From Chiloscyllium plagiosum (lineage: Eukaryota): DNA of 64,000 nt. Positions 12,460 through 24,575 of the stretch are shown here, in pieces. The position numbers and the translations under genes are program-made. Each line of letters starts with the position of its first letter. Position 1 is the first letter of the stretch. The stretch spans positions 8,276,759 through 8,340,758 of the forward strand of contig NC_057757.1 of the NCBI RefSeq assembly GCF_004010195.1, given 5' to 3'. The notes under the pieces were generated by a model. That model saw nothing but the letters and a program-made list of their open reading frames with translations, was not told where the DNA came from and searched no databases.

Positions 12460-14440
12460 CTGCTGTAGTCCGGGTGGACCACAGAGGCACTCCCTTATTA
12501 GTGAGACACAACCATTGTGAGTTTAACCTGAGGGTGACCGTGCCACAGGAGAAGGACAAGGTTGAGATGGTGGGACCTTCCTGATTATCTCAGACAGTGT
12601 GTGAACTGAACCTGTGCTGTTGCCATCACTCAACATCACAAATCAGCCATTCAGCCAACACTGCTGAAGGAGTTCCGTTAGTACAGTTGGCTGGAAGGAT
12701 GGTGTGAGATGTAGAGAGGTGAGGTGATCCTTAGGTTAAACTCAACATTAGCTTTCTTTGTCCATGAGGGAAAAGCCCTCTGGAACGAGGGGAATTCCTT
12801 CCATGTCCCTTTGTCAAAATCTTGGAAAATCGCTCGCCCCTGCTCTCCTTCACACTACCGGCCAATTGTTTGATCAGCATTAGGAGTGCAGTGGTACAAG
12901 AAAGTAGCTGCCACAACATTATCAAGGAAAATAAATTGTGGCTCAGCCATTGAAGGCCAAGTCAATTTAATTAATTAACGCATCTGAACAAAGCATTTTG
13001 ACAGCGAGATTATCCCTGCCACAGTGTGTGGGGGTGTGTGTTGAACGGGAATGGTCGTTTCCACTGCTGCAAGGGAATTCAGCAGATTGTTGAATGGTCA
13101 CTTGCACCACATTTTAACTATGATGACATTCATTGAGCACAGAACAGTGCTGGCTCAATTTTCTTTGAGAGGTTTTTGAACTGGAAAGTATTTTCCGACT
13201 GCACTAGCAAGGGTCCATGTAGCAGGTTCTAAAATCACTGCTGATGAAAGTTGGAAAAACTTTGTGTAATCCTGAAAAATAGTCTGATATTTGGTCAGTC
13301 CTTGTCTCAGATTTACTTGTAAGCATCGTGATCCAAAACTGTTCCGTGTTTATCTTTGAGAGGAATAAATTAGTCCCCTTGCCAACAGCGCTGGAAATTG
13401 GTTACCATCATCGCAACGAGGGTGTGTTGTGTAACCAGAATTGAAGCTGTAATTGTATGAGAGCATTGTTATCTCTGGTGTTGTTGTTACATAACACAAG
13501 TATCAGGACAACACAGTGATTTCTAGAGTAAGCAGTTTCACATTCAAACCGACAAGGAGTGATGACTGTTAGTATAAGGGCATGATATCACGAGCATACT
13601 CAAGATATTGTCTGAGAGAAGAGTTTCTGCCCCCTGTCATTTGGGGACAGACTTACTGTCAATACTTCAATACCTCATTTTCCAGTTGTAAATGTTGTCT
13701 TACTGAATTATCCAATGTTGCCAACTAATGTTTTCAATGAAATATACACAAAATAAACCATACTTGACAGAATTTGTAAAATGACTGTAAATAATGTAAA
13801 TGTTTAGTCAACCTAATTGATTCCATAGACGTTTGCTTTAAGACTTACAAATAGAATTAGGTTTTATATACATATGTCCTCAAGTGTAAGAATACATGAG
13901 GACAGTATAAAGGAGTACCATTCTCTGCCGCATTGTGGTATCAAAACCAAGATGTCTGCAATACTATAGATTCAATTCTATTGCTTTGGCCATACACCAG
14001 TCAGAATGTTTCAGTTCCGAAAGAACGCATCTGCTCTAATGGAGAATGGGAAGCCACTATCAAGCGAGTGAAAGAGCTTTCCTATCCGATTCCTGAAACT
14101 GTTCCTCATTCTGGTAATTCATGGTTCAGTCCCAGTGTATTGGAAGACAGCCCTGCATCCAAAAAAGGAGTATGAAATCTGGAAGCATTAACCAGTTAAT
14201 TTAACATGTCACAGGGAATCTGTTGGAATGTAATAATCAATTAGATACAGCAGTACACATCGATCAGTTGAAGTTAATCGGGCAGAATCAACACTGATTT
14301 GTGATTCTATTGAATTTTTTGAGGATGTAACATGCGTCATTGACAAAGTGAATGTAGAGAGCATAGCTTTTCTTTAAATGAAGTGACACATCATTTAAAG
14401 GTCAAGACAGGAAGTAAAAAGGTTCAAGGTGTGAGGGAAA
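12460..14440 (+). repeat. Cluster-flank module upstream of gene A, copy 2 of 3
   Basis: Colinear with 59190-60930, including a SINE-like piece and the ctagagtaagcagtttcacattcaaa block. Confidence 0.8.
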
Positions 14441-15733
14441 TGTTCCCTGCTCAGTCGAACTTCAGAAAACATTGGTTCACATCTCATTGTATTTCATCTG
14501 CAGGAGGCTGAGAGATGATAATGTACAATGTGTAAAGTGCATTTTCATTTGCAAAGCTGAGACAAATGATTCTGAAGCTGTCAGCCAGCCATTTGCTTAT
14601 GGTATCCATTTCATGGTATCCATTTCATGCCTTTCCCTGTTTATACTGACATTATAAACAGGGAAAGGCAAGAATGATTGGGGGTTTGGGAGTCCAAGTC
14701 AATGAATCATTGAGTCACTCAGTACCATATCCATTCTGACCTTTTTACCCTAGAAATCTCCATTTACCCTGTCTCCCCTCACAGCACATGTTATCAGTGT
14801 TCCATGCTAACAACAGTGGGCCACATATAAAATTCAAAGTAAAGCTTACCCTAAACTGTCTTCACCTAAACCTCCCAGAGCTGGTGAAGAATGGAGTTCG
14901 ATACAGAGCAAAGCTGCTTTTACATTTTCTGCATGGAACACTCCCAGAACAGTGACAGCACAAGAGCTCTCTTGATGATGTCATAGTCAAATATTTCAAA
15001 GAAAAGCATAATCCGATAAGAGATGCAGTGTTAAGCTCAGTCTAACCTGTCTCAGTCACACGCCCCCCACCCCCCCCCCAAACACAGATACACGCATCCA
15101 CAGTATTACATCTAGATGGACATTGACAATAAGAGTGAGGTCAATGACGTCTTCATTTTTGGAAGTCCATCTTGTTCACCAAGTTCCTTTCCCTCAGGAA
15201 AGGCAGTATGCTCTCCTCACTTGATGCTTCACGTGACTCCTGTAAAATTGGTGGTTAGTGAATATGTGCTAACCTCAGCAGCAATGCGCACAGTGTGTGC
15301 AAAGAATCATATTTCAATCAGTGAGTGAAATGCTCTTGTTTAAAGAGGTCAGTTCCTAACCTCTCGTACAGAAGGACAGCTCAGAGACATAATTTCACAC
15401 TTGAAATAAACCATCTCGATGCATCATTGTTTGAAATAATTTGTGATCTCCGAATGGGGGTTATTGCTGATAGATTCCAGAATATGCTTTTGTTATTTAT
15501 TTATGATGTGCTGAGCAGAAATGCTTCACCATATTTGGATTAAAAACATTGTTGTAATTAGTTATTCATTGTTAGAAATGCGAAAAAAAGCAACAAAACT
15601 GAACAATGCTGCAATCTCGATCTCCCCAAGGAGCTTCCACACAGTATAAGTCAACTCTCTGGGAATGCATCAGCTCCGAGCTTCTAAGAAACCTGTCAGT
15701 TGCCTGAAGGGACAGATCACCTCGCATGGAAAA

Positions 15734-15800
15734 ATGCACCGACCAATTGATCAAGTGAAGCAAGTGTTCTACACCATCCTTGCTTTTGTTGGGCTTCCGG
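15734..15800 (+). CDS. GPR139-like: Coding exon 1 of intact GPR139-like class A GPCR (gene A): MHRPIDQVKQVFYTILAFVGLP + G (phase 1)
   Basis: ATG at 15734 (aaaATGc), 22 codons + 1 nt, then donor gtaacg at 15801. The G joins GT at 17182 to give ...VGLPGNLLAI, completing TM1 with its conserved Asn. Resembles GPR139 TM1 (VYYSLLLCLGLPANIL). Confidence 0.88.
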
Positions 15801-17181
15801 GTAACGCATTATGACAATTGATCCTGTTTTAATCTGCTGTTGATCTGCTCACTGGTTTCAACTTTTGAATAATAATGTCTCCAGCTCTCTGACTGATCAG
15901 TCTTATCCACACACTCGAACAGTGAAAGCAATTCACTGAACAGATTTCTCGGAACAATTCTCCACTGACGGAGACTACCAACGTTTAAACGCTCTGCATT
16001 TTCTGATCTTAGCGTTCTGTCATCTGTTCCGGTTTCATATGGTTTGAAGATATGCGGAGAGATCATGCAAGTTACTTCTGAGGAAGTGCGACTGGACCAG
16101 AAACATTAACTCTGCTTTCTCTCTCAAAGATGCTGCTAGTATTGCTGAACATTTTCTGTTTTCGTTATACAAATGAAGCCTGCTAACTTGAGAAATTTGA
16201 AGTTTAAGGGATGATCTGAGCGAAGTCCTATAATAAAAGGAAAAGACAGGAAAAGGTTAACCACTTCCATCGGTTGGAGATTTTAGGATGAGGGAGAAGA
16301 CTCTGGGAATGATATCCTGAGTACTCTGAAGAGATTTTAGGAAGCACTTCAACAGACAAAGGGTGGGAGAGGTTTGAAACTCTATTCCACAAATGGCAGT
16401 CGATACTTGATCAGTTTAAAGGAGATAGTACTATTTTTGGTAATCAAAGGAGTAGAAAGACATGTGCCCGATTTTGATTTGTAAAGTTTCATCTAATTAC
16501 CACCCCTTTTGGAAATTCTCTCCTCCTCATCACATCTGTTCAGGAGACTGAAATTTTGACAGATTGCCCTCCTGATCTCTCCACGTTAAGATGTTTGTCA
16601 TGTACAGATATATCGATTTACAGTGTAAATATCACAACAATCCTAACATTCTCAGATTGTCACTGAGGGAGCCCTGCATGCACTGCGATACTGCACTTGT
16701 GTAAGGCACTTGGAGTAGTCCTGTTTGACATCTTTTGCAGGCTCTGATGACCTGTTTCCTGGTCCTCCTGTGGCTTCAGTCAGGATGTGGTCCAATGCTA
16801 AATGGGGGAGTTTATTTTATCCACAGGCCCATGACTGAGTTGGGAGTGAGGTCTCTAACGGAGTTCTGTACCTGCCAGAGTTGGATCTGAGAATCTATTA
16901 CACTAATTCAGATAGTTTCCTTGGAAACAAACTAAATCACATACTTCTTTCTGCCCTACTTAGGAGGTGCTGTGTGCTCAGTCCCTGTCCAAACTCCATA
17001 ATATCTGGAGTGACTGGGCTGGAGGGTTATCTGAGATGGGTGTGAAAGTATTAAAATTCAAACTCATTCAACCCCAACCATTTCCACTCACACAGTAAAA
17101 CCATATTGTTGCACTCTGGAACAGGCAGAAGGAATTTCTGATCAGTAATTCATTGTTTCATTTTATATTTGTCTTCCACAG

Positions 17182-18194
17182 GTAATTTGTTGGCGATTGG
17201 TATACTTTCACAGGGAAAGTGCGGGGTATCCCCTTGCACTAGCCGCTACCTGGTGGTTATGGCAGCTGCCGATCTGATGGTCATTATTACTGATGTTATA
17301 GCGAGGATATTTCGCTATTATTATTACCCGCAGTCTTTCCTGAACATCACTCCTGTGTGCAGTTTTATTACCGTCCTGATACGTGCTGCCACGGACTGCT
17401 CTGTCTGGTTCACTGTCACTTTCTCCTTTGACCGATTCGTGACCATTTGTTGTCTTAAGTTGAGAACAAAATATTGTACTGAGAAAACTGCGACTATGGC
17501 TCTGGCAACAACCTGCACCCTGTTCTGTCTGAAAAACATCCCCTTCTATTTTCAATTTGATCATGTTAGAATAATCAACAATGTTCCATTCTACTGTAAA
17601 ACAAAGTTAACCTATTTTACTGAGACTTGGTGGGTGATATTAGATTGGCTTGATACAGTTTTAACCCCATTACTGCCATTCGCTTTAATTCTGTTGCTCA
17701 ATACTCTGACAGTCAGACACATTATAGTGACCAGTCGAGTCCGGAAGAGGCTGAAGGGTGAGAGCAAAGGAGACAATCAGAGAGACGCAGAGATGGAGAG
17801 CAGAAGAAGGTCTGTAATTTTGCTCTTCACCATCTCTGGGAGCTTCATTCTCCTGTGGCTGATATTTGTTATAGATTTCTTATATTATGTCATTCGAGGA
17901 ATCAATCCTGGCGATTACTCGCCTTTTCTATATCACTTCAGTGCAGTTGGTTACATGCTGCGGAACCTAAGCTGTTGCACAAACACATTTATTTATGCAG
18001 CAACATTGTCCCGGTTCAGAGCAAAGATCAGTATCACAGTAAAATACCTGGTTACACGAATTCCTTGCATTGTGAATAAAGAAAACTCCTCTGTGAAGCC
18101 CTTAGGGCGGGGGAGTCGTAATGCTTCCAGACCATTATTCACTCGTGGGATGTGGATGTCACTGACTGGGTCAGTGTTTAATACCCATCTCTAG
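17182..18194 (+). CDS. GPR139-like: Coding exon 2 of intact GPR139-like 7TM GPCR (gene A); spliced product 359 aa
   Basis: Polypyrimidine tract and cacag acceptor ending at 17181; open frame to TAG at 18192-18194. Seven hydrophobic segments with TM2 AAADL, TM3 SVWFTVTFSFDRF (DRY variant), TM5 TPLLPF, TM6 FILLWL and TM7 NTFIY (NPxxY variant). Called a paralog, not the GPR139 orthologue. Confidence 0.92.
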
Positions 18195-18650
18195 TTGACT
18201 CTTGAGAAGGTGGGGGTGAGCTGCTTTCTTGGAGTACTGTAGTCTATGTGCTAGAGGTAGATCTACAATATTGTTTGGGAGAGAATTCCAAGATTTTGAA
18301 CCAGAGACTCTGAAGAAACGCTGAGATTTTCCAAGTCAGGATAGTGAGTGACTTGGAAGAGAAGTTCGTGTTCCCATGTAAATGCTGCCCTTGTCCTTGT
18401 AGATGAACATGGATGTGGGTTTGGAAGGTGCTGTCTGAAGACATTTGGTGAATTTCTGCAGTGTATCTTGTAGATGGCACTCACTGCTGCTACTGCACGT
18501 CAGTTGGAGGGAGTGGATGTTTGTGAATCTGTTGCCAATCAAGTGGACTGTTTTCTCCTGGATTGTGTAAAGCTTTTTGACTGTTGTTGGTGCTGCTCTC
18601 ACCAAGTGGAGAGTATTCCATCACAGCCCTGACAGAGTCCTTCTCCCAGT
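18133..18650 (-). mobile_element. CR1/L2-group LINE 3' fragment overlapping the last codons of gene A
   Basis: Homologous to 47435-47975, about 27490-27870 and (inverted) 58930-59180; minus-strand peptide AAPTTVKKLYTIQEKTVHLI. Confidence 0.8.
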
Positions 18651-18969
18651 GTTGGAGTGAATTGATCTGGGAATCTGCAGATTCCCCAATGTAGCACAAT
18701 CTAACGGAGTTAATCTGGGGAAATGGATTTTCCTGCTTTGTAATTCCTATCTGTTTTGAACCCTTTGTAAGTCTGCATCAAAATCAAATCCTTCAGAGGA
18801 TTCTGATCGAATTCAATAGAGTAGATCGTCAGAAAATCTTTGAATCTTAAATACATTGTATCACTGCTCAGCAACAATTTAACAGCATAGTAATGTCACA
18901 AATAGCCACTAGGAGCTGTTCTGATGTGAGAAATTGTGGCAGAGTGTTATGTGGCATTATCAGAAACCA

Positions 18970-19040
18970 TGCACCAAACATTTATTTATGCAGCCATATG
19001 ATCTAGGTCAGAGCGAAGTTTAATAAAGCAGTAAATTCCT
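18970..19040 (+). pseudogene. Decayed fragment of GPCR TM7/helix-8 coding sequence
   Basis: tgcaccaaacatttatttatgcagccatatgatctaggtcagagcgaagtttaataaagcagtaaattcct aligns with 17976-18049 (tgcacaaacacatttatttatgcagcaacattgtcccggttcagagcaaagatcagtatcacagtaaaatacct). Confidence 0.65.
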
Positions 19041-19282
19041 ACTGACAGAAACTACGTGAAAACAAAGCTCTCTGGTGTCAGAAGTAATACAATGACACCC
19101 TCTGCTGGCCTCCACATGCGATAATGGAGGGTGAGAAATCTGAGTGATTCAATGAGAAGAGGGAGTGAAGGAGGGCAGCAGCTCACAGCATCATCCAAAC
19201 TAACAGCACAATCAACACAGACACATAAACACACATAGAGATACACAAGCACACACAAGGTTGGCGTGGACAGCGTTGCGAT

Positions 19283-19938
19283 TGAACTGAGGTCCCTCAG
19301 CGTGTAACGACTCATGTGGACAAATAGTGTGCTCCCTCTGCCATGTGGAAATGCTTTGTCTTTGAGCAATTGAATAGAAGTTTTCCCTACAATTATATCC
19401 AGATATTCCCGAATGAACTATTTCGTGAGGAGACAGAAACACACATATAGAGAGACATGTAGATACATACATGCAGATAGAAACATACAGATAAACATGG
19501 AGACACACTGACAACACAGACACACAAACACATACATGCAGTCACAAACACATACATGGACATAGACAGATACCCATACACATCCTAACACATCCAGGCA
19601 GATGTTGCTTAGGACAGCAAAAGTGAAGAATCTAATAGAGTTCCTTGTTCTGAAAACTTCACAAGAAATGATTAGACTTTTCGGAATGTGAGTTTACTGG
19701 AAATTCGTGCATAGTTTTAGCTGGAGAGCTGCATCTTTAATAAATTTGTGAAGGAAGCAAGCATAAATAGTCTGGGTAGGAAAACCCTCGGCTGCCTTTG
19801 AAATAATGAAAGCAATTTGAGTAAATGAACCAGAGTTGGTTATCCCTGAGTTTTGCAGATGTTCCCAAAATGGCAGCTCATGCTGGTGACTTGGGACTAT
19901 GTGCTGTCTTGTTATAGGATGATGAAGCAGGAACAGAG
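19283..19938 (+). repeat. Segmental duplicate (direct) of 1-642
   Basis: Colinear alignment with 1-642; the ORF track also gives near-identical spurious peptides (FPKWQLMLVTWDYVLSCYRMM). Confidence 0.93.
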
Positions 19939-20019
19939 TAATCCGCAGTGTACTTCTCTTAGAAACAAAAATGCAAGGTACTGCATTTTTGGAAATCAAA
20001 TCTTTGCAGGACTTAGACA

Positions 20020-20290
20020 CTTAACGGTAAGGTACTTGGGAGTGTTGCTGAACAGAGACCTTGGAGTACAGTTTCAGCACTCCTTGAAAGTGGCGCCACA
20101 GGAAGTGGCTGAGGCTAGGACAATTGCATCATTTAAAAGGCATCTGGATGGGTATATGAATAGGAAGGGTTCAGAGGGATATGGGCCGGGTGCTGGCAGA
20201 TGCAACTAGATGGGGTGGGATAACTAGTCGGCATGGACGTATTGGACCAAAGGGTCTGTTTCTTTGCTGTACATCTCTATGAGTCTCTGA
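20020..20290 (+). mobile_element. CR1 3' fragment
   Basis: FKRHLDGYMNRKG and the ctctatgagtct tail. Confidence 0.85.
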
Positions 20291-21189
20291 TGTAGTGTCC
20301 AAAAGTCTAAATGATGGAATAAGTAAAAGTTTTAAGGAATGCTAAGATTGTAAAACATCATCAGAGGGAAAAGGAAAAATGGATTGCAGTCAGGTGAAGG
20401 AGCAGGGCTCCTGAAACTTCTGATTTCAAATAAACCTGTTGAACTATATCTTGGTCTTGTGTGTGTGAGAAACAAAAGCTCACTCACTTTAATAATTTCA
20501 GTCCGAGATCGAATATCTGAAACAGAGTCGTTTATTTGTACACTTGCAAGTGGGTGCCATGTCTAATTGCCAGGTAAAGCAATGACAAATGCACAGTAAA
20601 CACCAACAAACTCTCGCAATTTACACAGTTTTTTCCCATATGTTTTCCTTATTCCATTGTTTGTTCCCTGCTTCGCTTACATCACTCATTTCCTTAAGAC
20701 TGATCCCACAACTTCTGTTTATCCGGCCTTGTCAGCGACAAATGTCTATCTCTGCCTCCTATAAGGTTGATTGATGTCATCCCATCCTTTGCTTACCATT
20801 ATTTGCTCCCTCCATCCGCGCTGCCCCTCACAGCATCTTATCACTAAGCCCTTTTAATTGTGGTTTGTTCCTGTGTCTCTGTACAAGTGGGGAAACAGAT
20901 GTTTTTTCCGGTTTGCCCATACATCCACCATTGTTCTATAATCACGTCTCATGCTAACATACCATTTTCTTTAACGGATTATATGTTTCCTCATTTTTGC
21001 TAAGTCAGTTCTCGTCCGAAACAATCCCAAACTAATGTGAATTCATTTACTCTGTATTAGAACTTATAATTGCAGAAATAACACTAATTCACCTATATCC
21101 CACATGTGTTTTCTAACTTTGTCCACCCCAGTCCAAAACTGGCAACCCCACATCACAACAAGCCAAAGAAATCACTTACACGCATAAGA

Positions 21190-22385
21190 CTCTAATTAAT
21201 GCATTTGAGGTACTGGGAGGATGTAATAACTGAGTAGACCCTTATTTACATTCAGTAGAAAGACCTCAATCAGTGGTCTTTCCCCACTGTTTCTTGGCGG
21301 CTGCTGTTCCAAGCTTTAGTGCATCCCTCAGCACGTAATCTTGTACCTTGGAATGTGCCAATCTGCAACACTTGGTCAGGGTCGATGCCTTGTTCTTGAA
21401 GAGCAATATGGTTCGGGCAGAACAGGGAGTGTCTTTCACAGAGTTGATGGTCCTCCAGGCACAGTCGATGTTTGTTTTGGTGTGTGACCTGGAGAACAGA
21501 CCATAGAACAGAGTCCTGAATCACGGAGCTGCTCGGGACAAACCTAGGCAAAAACCACGGCATCTTTCTCCAGACTTCCCTCTGGAAAGGCACATTCCAG
21601 CTGGAAATGTGTGACAGTCTCTCTCTCACGAACACATCCCCTCACAGCCGCTTAAAGGGCATCAGTTCAACTCCAATGTTTATTTTGTTTTATTTTATTC
21701 AATTGCACAGAACCTACCTGCTTTCGTAACTATAGATGTATACACTGTAAATAAATATTTTTGAAATCCTTCCTTAGGTACGCGACCAAACCTGCTCACA
21801 ATATTCCAAATACCTGGCTTTGACAAAGGGACAGTTCAACTCGAATTTTCAGCTCTTCTCTCTCCTTACAGATGCTGCAAGAGATGCTGAGATTTTCCAA
21901 CATTTTCTCTTTTGGTTCCAAATACCTGATACAGCCTGAACAGTACATAGCTGCTCTGGTATTCTAACCTTCCCAAATAAACACTAACATTACATTTACC
22001 TTCCTAAGTGACAAGAGAAGCTGCATTTTAACCTGAAGAGAATCCTGAACAAGGGCCAACAAGTCCCTCTGTGCTTCCGATTGCCGAAGCCTTTCTCCAT
22101 TTAGAAAACAGTCTGTGCCCCTCTCCTTCTAATCCCAGTACATAACCTCACACACTTTACCACATTGTATACTCCACCCGCCAACTGAACCTGAAGAGAA
22201 AGCTGAGCGAGGACTCACCTCGCTGAGTAACCTTTACTTGTGTTTCAGGTCTGGCAGCATCTGCCCAGAGAGAGATAAAGCAGAGACAACGTTTGGAGTC
22301 CGGGGGCGGCCGTCCTTCGGGGAGAGAGCGCTTTGGGACTTGATGCTCCAACACACAGTTTCTACATCACTTTCCCCTCTCTGTC
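21190..22385 (-). repeat. Inverted, diverged segmental paralog of 1143-3520 (Penelope bit, old CR1, Tx1 pieces) with an internal deletion
   Basis: The reverse complement reproduces the same mosaic and junctions as 1143-1770 and then about 3085-3520. Confidence 0.8.
21817..21915 (+). mobile_element. Penelope-type terminal fragment with 13-bp TSD
   Basis: ttccaaatacctg at 21804-21816 and 21916-21928; the insert is absent from the paralog near 1590. Confidence 0.7.
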
Positions 22386-22529
22386 TGTGAGGATTTCTCA
22401 TTCTGATCCATATTATTGTGTTTGGTGACACCCGGAGGTGGCACCTTTTCTGTTTGTATTCTCTCCTGAAAAGCTTATTTCTCTTTAAACGGTAGTTTTT
22501 CCCTGAAGCAGCTGCTAACGGTCACTTGG

Positions 22530-22860
22530 GGCACGAGGCGGCCGTTAACCGCCATTTCCCGTGCGCGGGGCCTGAGGGGGCGGGGCTTGGAGCTAAAATG
22601 GCGGCGGCCGTTAACCGCCATCTCCCGCGCGCGGGGCCTGAGGGGGCGGGGCCTGGAACTAAAATGGCGACGGCTGTTCACCGCTATCTCCCGCGCGCGG
22701 GGCCTGAGGGGGCGGGGCCTGCAGGTAAAATGGCGGCGGCCGTTAACCGCTATCTCCCGCGCGCGGGGCCTGGAGCTAAAACACTGGCGGGCGGTCCCAC
22801 CCAGAAAGGGGCAGAGTCGGAGGGAGAGCGGACTGTGTCAGCGAAGTGCCGTTCCTGAAG
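22530..22860. promoter_or_regulatory. CpG island / putative promoter built from about four 66-bp repeats, each with a GC box and YY1-type AAAATGGCG
   Basis: Only CpG-dense stretch in the window. AAAATGGCG at 22595, 22661 and 22727 (66-bp spacing); GGGGCGGGGC in each full unit. Confidence 0.65.
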
Positions 22861-22949
22861 GTAATGATGGTGGTTATTGTGGGGTGGAGGGATAGCAGAG
22901 AGATTCCATTTGGGGCAAATCCTTTCCCCAACCCCGGACCCTACTAAGA

Positions 22950-24575
22950 TTATTATTCTTGTCCAACACTGAGGGAATAATTATTATTTCCCCGCCCACA
23001 AAGTCCAACACAAAGGGAATAATTATCATTTCTCCCTCCCTCACACAGTCCAACACAAGGGGAATAATTAATATTTCTCCCTCAATAACACTTAATATTT
23101 CTCCCTCCAACACAAAGGCAAGAGTCATTATCTCTCCCTTCCCCCACAGTCTAACGTAAGAGGAATAATTATTATTTCTCCCTCCCTCACAGTCCAACAC
23201 AAGGGGAATAATTATTATTTCACCCTCACACTGTCCCACACTCGGGGGTTAATTATTATTTCTCCATCCCCCACACAGTCCAACATACGGGGAATCATTA
23301 TTATTTCTCCCTCCCTCGCACTGTCCAACACAAGGGGAATAATTATTATTTCACTCTCTCCCACTATGTCCAAAACAAGGGGAATAATTATTCTTTCACC
23401 TACCCTCACTCTATCCAACACGAGGGGAATAATTATTATTTCTCCCTCCCCCACATTGTCCAACATAAGGGGAATAATTATTATTTCTCCTTCCCTCACG
23501 CTGTTCAACACAAGGGAAAGAATTAATATTTTTCCCTCAATAACACTTATTATTTCTCCCTCCAACTCAAAGGCAAGAGTTATTATCTCTCCCTCCCCCC
23601 ACAGTCCAACGTAAGAGGAATAATTATTATTTCTCCCTCCCTCACACTGTCCAACACAAGGGGAATAATTATAATTTCAACTACACTCACTCTATCCAGC
23701 ACGAGGGGATTAATTATTATTTCTGCTTCCCTCACACTGTCCAACACAAGGGCAATATTTATTATTTCCCCCTCCCTCACACTGTCCAACACAAAGGGAA
23801 TAATTATTATCTCTCCCTCCCTCACACTGTCCAACACAAGGGAAATAATTATTATTTCTGCCTCCCTCACACTGTTCAACACAAGGGGAATTACTATTAT
23901 TTCTCCCTCCCTCACACTGTCCAACCGAAGGGGAATAATTATTATTTCACCCTCACAATGTCCAACACAAAGGGAATAATTATTATTTCTTCCCAACACT
24001 GTCCAACACGAAGGCAATTATTATTTCTGGCTCCCTCACATTGTCCAACACATGGAGGATAATAATTGTTTCTGCCTCCCTCACACTGTCCAAGATAAGG
24101 GGAATAATTATTATTTTTTCCCAACTTGTCCAACACAAGGGCAAGAATTATTATTTCTCCCTCCAACAAACTGTCCAACACAAGGGGAATAATTATTATT
24201 TCTCCCTCCCTCTCACAGTTCAACACAAAGGGAATGATTGTTATTTCTCCCTCCCTCACACTGTCGAACACAAGGGGAATAATTATTATTTCTCCCTCCC
24301 TCACACTGTCTAAAACAAGGGGAATAATTATTATTTGTCCCTCCCTCACACTGTCTAACACAAGGGGAATAATTATTATTTTTCCCTCGCTCACTGTCCA
24401 ACACAAGGGGAATAATTATTATTTCTCCCTTGCTCACTGTCCAACACAAGGAGAATAATTATTATTTCTTCCCCATACTGTCCAACACAAGGGGAATAAT
24501 TATTATCTCTCCCTCCATCACACTGTCCAACACAAGGGGAATAATTTTTATCTCTCCCTCCCTCACACTGTCCAA
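22950..24575. repeat. 45-bp minisatellite (ctgtccaacacaaggggaataattattatttctccctccctcaca)
   Basis: Tens of tandem degenerate units; explains the 15-aa periodic ORFs. Confidence 0.95.

Noticed and set aside
17169..17181. ORF-track start MSST for the GPCR
   Set aside because: A TTG within the intron's polypyrimidine tract; the real start is in exon 1 at 15734.
22475..22895. GC-rich ORFs with 22-aa repeats (KMAAAVNRHLPRAGPEGAG)
   Set aside because: Explained by the 66-bp repeat. The ATGGCGGCG starts could be real, but no downstream coding exon could be linked.
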